Position numbers and translations under genes: made by a program
In this document: positions 1 through 9,713 of the stretch, piece by piece
Position numbering within the stretch: position 1 is the stretch's first letter
How the letters are laid out: every line of letters begins with the position of its first letter
The notes under the pieces: generated by a model
What the model was told of the DNA's origin: nothing
Databases searched by the model: none
What the model saw: only the letters and a program-made list of their open reading frames with translations
Assembly: GCA_965237955.1 (NCBI GenBank)
Contig: OZ250169.1
Location: 2,432,001-2,496,000 of the forward strand
Direction: 5' to 3'
From: Candidatus Marinacidobacterales bacterium
Lineage (GTDB): Bacteria > Acidobacteriota > Vicinamibacteria > Marinacidobacterales > SMYC01
Length of the DNA stretch: 64,000 nucleotides

Positions 1-387
1 GATTTCGACGACGGTGAGCGTCGTCGCCGCGCCGACACCGAGGGCCAAGACCTCCTCGTTGGCGGCTTCGAAGCCGTTCAAGATTCCGTAGCGGAGCTCG
101 TGGCCTTCCCGTAGCGCTTCCTGTGCCGCGCGAGCGATGCAGTTGATGGCGATGGCCGACGCTTGACGTGCGGCGGGCGCCCCGCCGACGCCGTCGGCGA
201 CCGCGAGCACCGCGCTATCGGCTCCAGCGGCCACGATGCCGGCAGCGTCTTCGTTCGGGGAATCCTTCGCCGGAGAGCGGCTGGAGTGGAGCGCGACGAC
301 ACCGCCGCCGACAGTAAACACGGCGTCGTCGAGATGCTCTTGCTCGAAGAAGAGACGCGCCTCGTCTTTCCTGAGCTTTTCTCTCAC
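1..387 (-). CDS. PP2C-family Ser/Thr protein phosphatase (runs off window start)
   Basis: Not in the ORF track. Manual translation gives SPNEDAAG...VLAVADGVGG...AATTLTVVEI (PP2C motifs). GTG start overlaps the kinase stop (GTGA). Confidence 0.85.
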   Translation of the reverse strand, partial: MREKLRKDEARLFFEQEHLDDAVFTVGGGVVALHSSRSPAKDSPNEDAAGIVAAGADSAVLAVADGVGGAPAARQASAIAINCIARAAQEALREGHELRYGILNGFEAANEEVLALGVGAATTLTVVEI

Positions 388-1109
388 CCCCATCGAACGG
401 TTTCCAAGTGCTGGCGCAAGTGGGCGGCCGTGGGATAACGTTTCAGTATCAGCGAACGCTTGAGTCCGAGCACGATCTCCTTCACCACACGCGGTTGTTT
501 CGGGTAGAAACGCGCTCCTCCGAGCGCGTCGTAGAACATGCGGATGATCTCGCAAAGATCGTGCTGGTAGCCGTCGCGCTTGAGCGCTTGCCACTGAAAG
601 AAGTCGAGGATCTTGAGGTCGAACGTCAGGCCGTAGCGCTCGACGATGATGTTGTCGCTGTGAAGATCGCCGTGGAACTCGCGCGATCGATGAATGCACT
701 CGAGCCCGACGACGAGAGCGTGGAGGAGATGCAGTGCCGGAAAAGGTTGGAGGCGCCCTCCGGGCTGCCGCGTCAAGAAATCCGTGAGGAGCTCGCCTTC
801 GACGTACTCCGACACGAGTACGGTGATGGCGTGCTTGCGGAGCACGATAGTTTCTTCGGTGTGGTAGTGGATGACGATGGGACACGCGCGGAGGTTATGG
901 AGCTTCCGAGCGTAGGACTTGGCCGCCTTGTTGCGAACATTGCGGTGGGGAAAGAAGAGCTTCGCCGCGCGTTCGATCCCGGTGCTCTTCTCACGAATCC
1001 TGTAGACTTCGCCTTCCCAGCCAACCCCGAGGCGGGACACGACCTCGTACTTCCGCGCCAGTGTCCGCCCCGGGGCTAAATCGAACGTCTGGATATCGTT
1101 GGCTTTCAC
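384..1109 (-). CDS. Small cytoplasmic Ser/Thr (Hanks-type) protein kinase
   Basis: GVGWEGEVY Gly-loop, AAK lysine, HGDLHSDN catalytic loop, ILDFF; no TM segment. Confidence 0.85.
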   Translation of the reverse strand: MKANDIQTFDLAPGRTLARKYEVVSRLGVGWEGEVYRIREKSTGIERAAKLFFPHRNVRNKAAKSYARKLHNLRACPIVIHYHTEETIVLRKHAITVLVSEYVEGELLTDFLTRQPGGRLQPFPALHLLHALVVGLECIHRSREFHGDLHSDNIIVERYGLTFDLKILDFFQWQALKRDGYQHDLCEIIRMFYDALGGARFYPKQPRVVKEIVLGLKRSLILKRYPTAAHLRQHLETVRWG

Positions 1110-1118
1110 CCAGGTATT

Positions 1119-4100
1119 CTATCCGTTCTGTTCGACCGTCCTCGACTCGCGAAATTTATCCCGCGCGCGTCGCGCATGCGGCATGGCGACGACGCCGGCG
1201 GCGATGAGAGACGCGAACAGCGAGGGCGCCGCACTGACGTGGTAGACGCCGACGGCCAGCATGAGCAGGAGGCTGCCACCTGCAATCAGAGCGATCTGCC
1301 CGCGTTGGTGCGACTTCTCGCTCTTGGTGACGAATAGCCACCCTCCCAACCAGATGAGGCCAGTCGCGAGAAGACTCACGAGCTGCCCGAGCGCCGTTCC
1401 GGAAGCTGTGGTGTAGGGAATGGACGCAAACGCTTCGACCTCACCCTGGTTCGCGTAAAGCTTTCTGAAAGCGTAGTGCACTCCAGTTGCGGGCACGGTG
1501 ATATGGAGAGGGCCAATCACGTTCGGAGACGTCGACTGCTCCGCTAAACCACCGAGCGCCGCCCTCATCTCGTCGCCGGAAACGCGGTTGTCGGCGCTGA
1601 GGATGTCCATGTTCGTCCCCGGGCGTCCGTAGTCGAGCCCTTCGGGAAGGAACAGATCCCATCGCGACTCGGTAACGAGAATGTCGTCGCGGCAAAAGCG
1701 CGCGCACCGACCCGAGACGACGGATCGAAGGGGCTCGGGTGGCGTAGATGAGGTCCACGGGAAACCCCTCGGTGCGATTCATGATCTTAATGAGAAGCGC
1801 GTCATCCGAATCGGGGTCGTCTTCCGCTTCCGCAAGCGCTGGTTTTTCCGCCCGGCCCGCAACGAAGACCGACCACACTTCCGAGTTCTCGGGAAGCTCG
1901 ATGCGCAAGAACTGCTTGCGAGCATTCCTGACGATGAAACGAGCCGTCGTCACCGAGAGCCCGTCCCTGGTAAAGAGGGTCTTGTACTCCGCGGTGTCGA
2001 TCGCGGCTTCCTGAACATCGACGACACGGTGCCGGGTTACGCGAAGCGCCAAGCGCGGCTCGGGCTCGGCGCGGACGTATTTGAACGCGAGTAGGATCGG
2101 GTTCGTCGTTTGATGAACGAGCTGGCGCGGAAGCTCACCGACTTCGATGGGTGAAAGCTCATCCGCGACGGAAGGGACCACCTCGACGGCACTCGACGCT
2201 TCGACCGCGATCCTGCCTTGCTCCACGTCCGCGCCGCGAACGTGTACCGTCGATGCGCCGACTTCGGCCTCTCGCCTCCGAGGATACGCTCGTACGAAAG
2301 GTCGATCTTGAAGTGGCCTTCCATTTCCTGGGTGAACTCGAGCTCGATGACACGCTCGTCATCCTCACTGATGCGGTGGGTGCGGAGCGACGGCGCGCTC
2401 AAGTTCAGGAGGTTTGTGCCTTCCGGCAGAACGAGATCGAGTTGCTCGACGCTGCCCGATTTCACATGAAGCTCGATGCTGGTCGAGCCCGTCAACGTGA
2501 CGTCGCCGAGAGAGATCAAAGAGTCCACCTGGGCGTCGTAGCGTCCGGCGACCCTTTCCGGCTCGGACGCCGACACCGTCATCGCCGGCGGCGAGTCGGC
2601 GTATTTGAAAGTATGAGCGATGGTGAGCTCGATCTCGTCGCGGACGAAGCCGGGGAGCTGGTTCTCGCCGACCCGCGTGGTTTCGCCTTCGTCGGTGGGG
2701 TCGAGCGTCAAATCGTGGCTCGATAAAAGCGCGACCATACCGCGCTGGCGACCGACGTTCGGCGCCGCGAGAAGTGGAAGCGCCTCGGAATCGCCCGAAC
2801 CGAGCGATCGATCGTAGACAACGTCGAACGTGAGCTCGCCCTGAAGCTGGCGATCCAAGAAGATCTGCAAGAGCTGGGCGCCTCCCTGACGGATGACACG
2901 CCAATCCGCAATCGCCCCGGCATCTGAGTTGACTTCGTTGACTTGAACATCGCCGGGCACGATGAGCTCGAGCCGGTTCGTCTCCCCGCGTCGGACTTCA
3001 TAGAGCACGCGTGCCCGCGAAAAGAGCACGCCTTCCTCGGCATAGATGACGTGGTAGAGCGACGCGTTGGCGCGAAGCTCCCGACGCACGACTTCGGGAA
3101 CCGATTCCGACCACGTCAACGTGACCTGGTCGGTGAGCGGCACGTGGACCGTCGCGACGGTGGTGTTGCCTCGCGTGCGGCTCGTCACGTTCGTTCCCGG
3201 TTGCGCGGAGAGCTCTTTGCGCCCCGGGAGAGTGAGCTCGAAACGAGACACCGGGACTTTAGGGATCGCGAGCTCGACTCGAGGAGGTCCATCGGCTCTC
3301 ATGACCGGTGTCTGGAACGTAGCGACGACCGTGTGTACGCCCAGGCCTTTGACGAGCGTGGCGAAGTGTTTGCCGTCGATGAGGATCGACGCCTCTTTGC
3401 CGTCCACCTGCAGGTTCGTGAGCGTCACGTTGCGCGGGAGGAGGCGCAGGGTGGCGGTTTCGTCCGAGAACAGATCCACCCGAAACTCACCTCGCCACAC
3501 GATCGCGTTTCCGCTCAGCTCCCCGCGGTAGTGGGCTCGGCTGAACGAGGCGCCGCGCTTCGATGGCGTGCGCCATGAGATCTGGACGCCGCGCGTCGTC
3601 GGGATCGTGGCGTTGATGCGCGTGGTGGCACCGGATGGTGTCGTCCGGACGCCTGCGGCGGGGATGACGGCGACGTCGAGTCCCGTGCCGGGAAGGTTTC
3701 GCGCTGAGATTGATGGACGCTGCTTCCGGAAGGGGCACACCGAGGACGTAGCCGCTTTTGGACGAAGCCGCGTCCACGCGATACACGAGATGCATCGTGT
3801 AAGCGCCCTTTTGGTTCGTGGCCCACGCGAGTCCTCTTGGCGTCGCGACCAACTGAACCGGCGAACCTTGGATCGTCGCTTGGGTCACCGGAGTTCCCGC
3901 GGGGAGCACGGGAACGAGAGCCCACGCGTCCTCGAAGATTTGGATCGAGAGCGTGACCGAGACTTCCGCGCTCGCGGCCGGCTCGGTCGAGCCCACATTG
4001 ACGTTCACGCGCGCGGTCCCCAAAGCGAAGTTCACCGGGGCATGCGGGTCGTCGGGTGCTTGTGCCTGTTGGATGAGCTGCGTGTAGATCTCGAGCGGAA

Positions 4101-4209
4101 GCTGGACCTGTCCTGGCCCGTTTGGCCTGTTGGGGTTGTTCTCTTGAGCCTCGACCGGTCCTAGCCCGGCGAAGACCATCATCGTCAGGGCAAACCATAT
4201 GCGTTTCAT
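1119..4209 (-). pseudogene. Large (~1000 aa) exported, membrane-anchored repeat protein, split by about 3 frameshifts
   Basis: ORFs 3487-4209, 2037-3740, 1441-2226 and 1119-1610 join through single frameshifts. N-terminal signal peptide (MKRIWFALTMMVFAGLGPVEA), repeated beta-rich modules, three C-terminal hydrophobic helices. Confidence 0.7.
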
Positions 4210-4242
4210 TGTCCTACCTCGTTCCTGTGTCTGGGGAAAATC

Positions 4243-7200
4243 CTAAGTCAACGCTGCGGGCAAGCGTCGCTTGCTCGCACTTGCATATCGCAACGAGTCC
4301 GCAAGATAAGCGACCAGCGCGGGCTCGACGGATGAAGACAAAATGCTGACGTATTCACTGCGCATGGCGACGTCTCGAACGATCTCGCCGTCGCTCCCGA
4401 ACGGTAAGCCCGCGAGGAGCCGACGGACTTCGTCGAGCTCGTCGATGGCGCCGGAGCGGTCGCCTTGCTCGAGCTTATCGGCCGCGCCTTCGAGCACCTC
4501 GGAAAGATGAAATGCGAGATAATTCTTGAGCACGTTGGTCTCTAGCGGCCCCCTATTGATGTTGTCGATGTCGCCCGAGCTCGACCGCGGAAGAGCGAGA
4601 CTCGCTCTAGCGACGGTGTTCCGGAGCTCGGCGAGATCTTTATAGCGCACCGTGACCTCGGCGATGGGGCCGGGCCGGGCGGCGACGACGTCAAGAAGAA
4701 TCGTGTGCGCGTCGCCCGCGTAGAAGCTCGGGATCACGATCTGGATGCCGTCTTCGTCTTCACCGCGGTCGGCTTCGATGCCGAGATTGCGCGACAAGCG
4801 AAGGTCGATGCTCTTTTCCGCTTCGCGGACACGCTCGGCTTGACGCTCGTTCAGAGACACTGACCCGATCACGTCGACGAGCTTCACGCCGTCCGCGAGC
4901 TTGATGCGAAGCCTGAGCGCGCGTGCGACGACGCGGCTCGAAGCGGCGAGCTCGCGGTCGACGATGCTGTTCGCGTCTTGTGCCTGCTCGAGAAAGTAGC
5001 GCCGTCCTTGTCCGGCGAGCGCGAGCCGCTCGAGCTCACTCCGGTCGACGGAGGCACCGACACCGATGACGCTCACGGGAACGCCGCCGACGGCGCTCCG
5101 GTGTGCCAACCGGGAAAGGGCGTCGAGCTCGTCCCCGAGCTTCCGCGGTGTGACTACGAGGACGAGACTCGAGCCGAGAGGCATCGTCGGGTCGTCGCCC
5201 GCGTGGACGTGCTCGATCGCGAGACGGACGGCGCCTTCGAGGTCGTTAGACGCCTCGAGCTCGTCAAGCGCGACGCTGAGAGGTCCGTGGCGGAACGACT
5301 CGGGAGGAACGATCTCGCCCTTCCCAGGAAGAATCAACCGAAACCGATCGCCAAGTGCCCTCGCTTGCTGAAGCGAATCGATGAGTGCGCGTGCCGCGGC
5401 GAGGTCGTTCGGCTTCGCATCGAGGACGATACCGACGTTCATCGGCGGCCGTCTCCGGCCGTGGCTTTCCGTCGCCTGGAGGCCGACTTGGACGAGAAGC
5501 CGGCTCGGCTCGCTGATGCCGCGGCGATCCGCGTGAAGCGTGAGTGATAGCGCGCCGCGACGTGGAGCGTCGAAAGGTTGAACGACAGGGCGCGCCGCCA
5601 CGTGAGGGGCTACGAGCTGGTGCGCGTTCCGAAGGCGCATCGCAAGAAAGCGCGCTTTGGGATCGCCGGGCAAGTAGGTGTTCGCCCAGTAGCCGCGAGC
5701 GTTACGAAAGCGGAGATTGTCAATCCGCTCGCGCTCTTCGAGAAACAACCGAGCGTCCCCGTCGGTTTGGGGCGCCGCCTCGAACGCGATGCGTACGGTC
5801 ACGGTGCGCTCGTCGCGATCAGAAGCTTCATATTTCCACTGCAGGACGGCATCGATCGCCGCCTGGTCGAGTGGCCCGACGGATTCGAGGACGATCGCTC
5901 TGGTGACGTTGCCACCGCGGTCGATCAACGCGCGGAGAACGACCGTGCCGGAAGGGCGTTTCTGCTTCGCCGCCTCGGGATAGACGGCGTCGACATGCAC
6001 GAGCTTTCTCGGCTCGGCTTCCCGCTGATAATTGCCGTACTCATCCACTTCGCCGCCTGCGATGACTTGGCTCTTGAACTCGTCGACGAAATTCACCGTC
6101 ATCGTCATCACGATGGGGACCGGCACGCCGTTCAGCAACGTGGGCTCGTACTTCCACCGCTTCACAGCGTCGATTGCGGACTGATCTAGAAGCGGGATCG
6201 AGCGCAGCACGCGAACGTTTGTGACGTTCCCGGCCGGATCGATGATGGCCTCGAGGATCACGATTCCCTGAACCCGCGCCTGCTTGGCGATATCGGGATA
6301 GACAGGTTGCTGATCTCTGACTTTGTTCGGTGGTCGAATGTTTCCACCGACGCGAACTGGCTCTTGCTTCGTAGGCGGTGCGTTTGGCAGACCCACTTCG
6401 TCTTCATCTGCGGGATCAGCCTCCCACACCAGTGCGTCAATCCCCAAGGGCGCGTGCTCGTTCGCTACGATTTCGCTTTCGTCGACGCTCGACGAAGGCG
6501 GTGCTTGAGCACGCGGAGAAGCTTGTGAGCGGCCCGCGGTCCGCGATGCGCGATCTTGCGCTCGCGCGTCCTCGAGCACCGGCTCGGCCGCGGCCGGCGT
6601 CCTCGCGACTCGATTGCCAGAAACGGCCCCGCTCTTGGCGAAACGCCAGCCCGCCTCATTGTCTTTCTTGAGACTCCCGTTCTTGTTCTCTGGCAGACCG
6701 CCAACGATTCCGCCGATGATCCCACCGGGAACGCCGTCCTCGACACCTTCATGTTTCTCGAGCTCGGCGTCGTCCTCGATCGGACGGAAATAGCCCCGTT
6801 CGTTCAGCTCTCGAATGCGAGCCCTCGGCTTCGCTTGGTTTTCAACCTGCTCCTCGCGGCGGATCACTTTGTCACGCGTCGTCGCGTTTCCGTCGAGCTG
6901 ATCGTCCGCCACGTCTGCGTAATCGGAGCCGCCAACATAGCCGAGTGAGTCCAGACGTTCTTGCTCCTCGGACGAAAGCTCGTCGCCCTCGCTTTGACTC
7001 GTTTTGACGTCGACGTGGGCGGCGATTTCGTACTCGCGGCTGAACGACGAGTGCCCCATAAAAGTTACCCGTGCGGCGACGAACGCGATCGTGGCGGCCG
7101 CGGCTAGACCCATCGCCCAGTAGAGCGTTCGGTGGGAAGCCGCCTTGGCGGACAGCTCGGGGCGTGCGAGGAGTTTCTCGACGATGTCATCGGAGGCGTC

Positions 7201-7362
7201 ATGAGTCACGAGTCCACCCAGCTCACTCTCCACGGCCAGAAGGTTCCTCAAAAATCGCGCGCACCCGGTACACTCGCTCAGGTGCTTTTGGAATTCTTCG
7301 TTCTCAGGCGCTTTGCCCTCGAGGGCGATCGCATTCCGAACCTCGTTACATCTCTCAGTCAT
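4243..7362 (-). CDS. Putative ZAS anti-sigma factor fused to two TonB C-terminal domains and a degenerate VWA/YfbK-like domain
   Basis: HLSECTGC (HxxxCxxC), TM helix, GVPGGIIGGIVGGLP linker, PVYPDIAKQARVQGIVILEAIID and AVYPEAAKQKRPSGTVVLRALID TonB_C repeats, PPMNVGIVLD...VSVIGVG...LERLALAGQGRRYF VWA-like region. Confidence 0.8.
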   Translation of the reverse strand: MTERCNEVRNAIALEGKAPENEEFQKHLSECTGCARFLRNLLAVESELGGLVTHDASDDIVEKLLARPELSAKAASHRTLYWAMGLAAAATIAFVAARVTFMGHSSFSREYEIAAHVDVKTSQSEGDELSSEEQERLDSLGYVGGSDYADVADDQLDGNATTRDKVIRREEQVENQAKPRARIRELNERGYFRPIEDDAELEKHEGVEDGVPGGIIGGIVGGLPENKNGSLKKDNEAGWRFAKSGAVSGNRVARTPAAAEPVLEDARAQDRASRTAGRSQASPRAQAPPSSSVDESEIVANEHAPLGIDALVWEADPADEDEVGLPNAPPTKQEPVRVGGNIRPPNKVRDQQPVYPDIAKQARVQGIVILEAIIDPAGNVTNVRVLRSIPLLDQSAIDAVKRWKYEPTLLNGVPVPIVMTMTVNFVDEFKSQVIAGGEVDEYGNYQREAEPRKLVHVDAVYPEAAKQKRPSGTVVLRALIDRGGNVTRAIVLESVGPLDQAAIDAVLQWKYEASDRDERTVTVRIAFEAAPQTDGDARLFLEERERIDNLRFRNARGYWANTYLPGDPKARFLAMRLRNAHQLVAPHVAARPVVQPFDAPRRGALSLTLHADRRGISEPSRLLVQVGLQATESHGRRRPPMNVGIVLDAKPNDLAAARALIDSLQQARALGDRFRLILPGKGEIVPPESFRHGPLSVALDELEASNDLEGAVRLAIEHVHAGDDPTMPLGSSLVLVVTPRKLGDELDALSRLAHRSAVGGVPVSVIGVGASVDRSELERLALAGQGRRYFLEQAQDANSIVDRELAASSRVVARALRLRIKLADGVKLVDVIGSVSLNERQAERVREAEKSIDLRLSRNLGIEADRGEDEDGIQIVIPSFYAGDAHTILLDVVAARPGPIAEVTVRYKDLAELRNTVARASLALPRSSSGDIDNINRGPLETNVLKNYLAFHLSEVLEGAADKLEQGDRSGAIDELDEVRRLLAGLPFGSDGEIVRDVAMRSEYVSILSSSVEPALVAYLADSLRYASASKRRLPAALT

Positions 7363-7957
7363 GGCTCACTCTCGTGCGTCGCTCGTAGCTCTCCACCAGG
7401 CGCATGCGCGCGCGCCTCACGTGGGTCTTCACCGTGTTGATGGGCATATCGAGGATGGACGCAATGTCTTTCAGGGGTAGGTTCTCGATCGTTGCGAGGA
7501 TCAGCACCTCGCGTTCCGGCATCGGAAGCGCTTGGATCGCTCGCTCGAGCCAGGCCTTTGTCGGTTGCGCGGACGCTAACGATTAAGCGTCCGGCGCGCC
7601 GTCTTTGATGTCTGGGACGTCTGCACTCGCCGGCTCCCAAACAATGTAGCTGCGCAGTTTTTGCTTGCGCAGATACGTTCTTACGGTGTTGGCCACCACG
7701 GTAAAAAGCCAAGGGTGCAGGGGGCGTGCGTTATCGTATTGATCGGCGCGTTGGTGGATCTTGAGGAAGATCTCTTGAAAGAGGTCGTCGCGATCGGCTT
7801 CGGCAATGCCGCAGCGCACGAGATAGCCGAACACCGGCCGGCGGTAACGCTCGACCAGCTGCGAGAACGCGTCGCGGTCACCTTCTCGGTGCGCGACGAG
7901 CAGCCGCTCCGTTGGTTCGGGAACCACTACGATCTCCATCCGGGCTAACCCTTCCAT
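7355..7957 (-). pseudogene. ECF sigma-70 factor with one in-frame TAA (7583-7585) between regions 2 and 4
   Basis: Region 2 (AFSQLVERY...DDLFQEIFLK...WLFTVVAN), then the same frame continues after TAA with region 4 (ALPMPEREVLIL...LKDIASILDMPINTVKTHVRRAR) to TGA at 7355, overlapping the anti-sigma start. Confidence 0.85.
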
Positions 7958-8080
7958 ACCCCTTCATACTAGCGGACCGAGGAAAAGTTCCGAAAAATTC
8001 GCGTGCGGGGCCAACAACTGCTGCTAGACATCTGTTTCTATCTACTTATGTCTGTTCAGTTTGATCAGATTCCTGATCCC

Positions 8081-8109
8081 TTGACATACTCCCAACATCC
8101 ACCTATACT
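8081..8109 (+). promoter_or_regulatory. Sigma-70 promoter of tnpB
   Basis: TTGACA-N17-TATACT ending 9 bp before the GTG start. Confidence 0.7.
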
Positions 8110-8118
8110 CGTGATCTC

Positions 8119-9303
8119 GTGAAAGCGCTGCACTGCATACGCCCAACGACGCTCAGCCACAAGATTCAGCTCGATCCTACACCGCAACAAGAAGTCTACC
8201 TGCGGCGCGCCTGTGGTGTTGCTCGCTTCGCGTGGAATTGGGCTCTCGAGCGCTGGCGCCATGAATACGAAGCGGGCGGCCAACCCTCGGGATTGGCTCT
8301 CAAGAAACAGTTCAACGCCATCAAGGGCGAGCATTTCCCGTGGGTTTATGAAGTGACGAAGTACGCAGCCCAGCAACCGTTTCTTCATCTCCAGTCGGCG
8401 TTCCGGAACTTTTTCGCCAAGAGGGCCCGCTATCCACGGTTCAAGAAGGGGGTGCACGACAGTTTCTATGTCGGCAACGATCACGTGAAGCTCGCCGGCA
8501 AGCGCGTTTGGATTCCGAAGCTTGGGTGGGTACGGATGCGGGAGGAGCTTCGGTTTCGAGGCAAGCTGGTCTCGGCGGTCGTTTCTCGAACGGCAGACAC
8601 GTGGTTTGTGAGCCTATCGGTAGAGCTCGAGGAGACGCCTGAGCGTTGCGAGAGCCAAGCAGTGGTGGGTGTGGACTTGGGTGTTATCCGGCTGGCAACG
8701 TTGTCCACTGGGGAGCAGATCGCGGGACCGAAGCCGCTGAGACGAGAGCTTTCCAAGCTGAGGCGCTTGTCTCGGCGCGTGTCGCGCACACAGAAGGGGT
8801 CCAACAACCGCGAGAAAGCTCGTGTGGCTCTGGCGCGGCTACACTACCGAATCCGCTGCGTTCGCCAAGACGCACTGCACAAACTCACGACCTACTTGAC
8901 GAAAAACTATGCGGGCATAGCGATCGAGGATCTGAACGTGAAGGGCATGTTGGCGAATCGGCGTCTGGCGCGAGCGATTGCGGACATGGGCTTTCACGAG
9001 TTTCGCCGCCAGCTCCAGTACAAGGCGGAGCTTCGCGGCAATCACATCGAGGTATGCGACCGTTGGTTCGCGTCTTCGAAAACGTGCTGTGAGTGCGGTG
9101 TGCTGAATAAAGATCTGACTTTGGCAGAGCGTCAGTTTCGATGCGAGGAGTGTGGTTCGGAAAGAGATCGCGACTTGAACGCAGCGCTGAATCTTTTTAG
9201 TACGGTGAGCTCCACCGGACCTCAAGCCTGTGGAGAGGAGCGCTCTGGCTTCGGTATACGCCGAAGTGAAACGTTCCTCTATGAAGCAGGAACCTGGGCT
9301 TGA
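8119..9303 (+). CDS. tnpB: RNA-guided endonuclease TnpB
   Basis: N-terminal HTH_OrfB (HKIQLDPTPQQ...ARFAWNWAL), RuvC GVDLG / IEDLNV / DRDLNAA, zinc finger CCEC...CEEC. Confidence 0.95.
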   Translation: MKALHCIRPTTLSHKIQLDPTPQQEVYLRRACGVARFAWNWALERWRHEYEAGGQPSGLALKKQFNAIKGEHFPWVYEVTKYAAQQPFLHLQSAFRNFFAKRARYPRFKKGVHDSFYVGNDHVKLAGKRVWIPKLGWVRMREELRFRGKLVSAVVSRTADTWFVSLSVELEETPERCESQAVVGVDLGVIRLATLSTGEQIAGPKPLRRELSKLRRLSRRVSRTQKGSNNREKARVALARLHYRIRCVRQDALHKLTTYLTKNYAGIAIEDLNVKGMLANRRLARAIADMGFHEFRRQLQYKAELRGNHIEVCDRWFASSKTCCECGVLNKDLTLAERQFRCEECGSERDRDLNAALNLFSTVSSTGPQACGEERSGFGIRRSETFLYEAGTWA

Positions 9304-9334
9304 TCGGATTTGATCAGGTTTTGGAGAGCGGATT

Positions 9335-9685
9335 TCACCTCGATTCGAGGAACTCCCGCAACGCCACCGCCTGGTTGTGCTCTTCGTCCCGTGCACTGTA
9401 GACGAGGGTCACGGTGTGCTTTCGCACCGAAGAGCAGGTCGGCCGCCAGAGGTCCTCTTTGCGCGCGAGCTCCTTGAAGTACCGCTTCTTGAACTCAGCC
9501 CACCGAGCCGGGTCGTGGCCGAACCACTTGCGGAGCTCGTGACTCGGACCGAGCTCTTTCAGCCACGCCTCGATCGAAAGCGCGTCTTTCTTGACGCCGC
9601 GTGGCCATATCCGGTCCACGAGGTAACGTTTTCCGTCACGCTTGGTGGCGGGAGCGTAAGCGCGTTTCACGCGGATCGGCACCAT
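9335..9685 (-). CDS. DUF488/YeaO-family protein
   Basis: IRVKRAY...DGKRYLVDRIWPRGVKK...WLKELGPSHELRKWFGHDP...VTLVYSARDEEHNQA. Confidence 0.9.
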   Translation of the reverse strand: MVPIRVKRAYAPATKRDGKRYLVDRIWPRGVKKDALSIEAWLKELGPSHELRKWFGHDPARWAEFKKRYFKELARKEDLWRPTCSSVRKHTVTLVYSARDEEHNQAVALREFLESR

Positions 9686-9713
9686 CCAAGTATAGAGGAT
9701 AGAATCGCTCGAT

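Larger units (their letters stand above)
8011..9331 (+). mobile_element. Non-autonomous tnpB-only IS607/IS200-605-type element (ends approximate)
   Basis: tnpB with no tnpA. GG on both sides (cgggg|ccaac... ...gagagcgg). TTTGATCAG subterminal motif near both ends. Confidence 0.6.

Noticed and set aside
7355-9303. TnpB next to an ECF sigma as an RNA-guided transcription (dCas12f-sigmaE or TldR-like) system
   Set aside because: The RuvC triad is intact, the genes are divergent, IS-like ends are present and the sigma has its own anti-sigma; a chance insertion is simpler.
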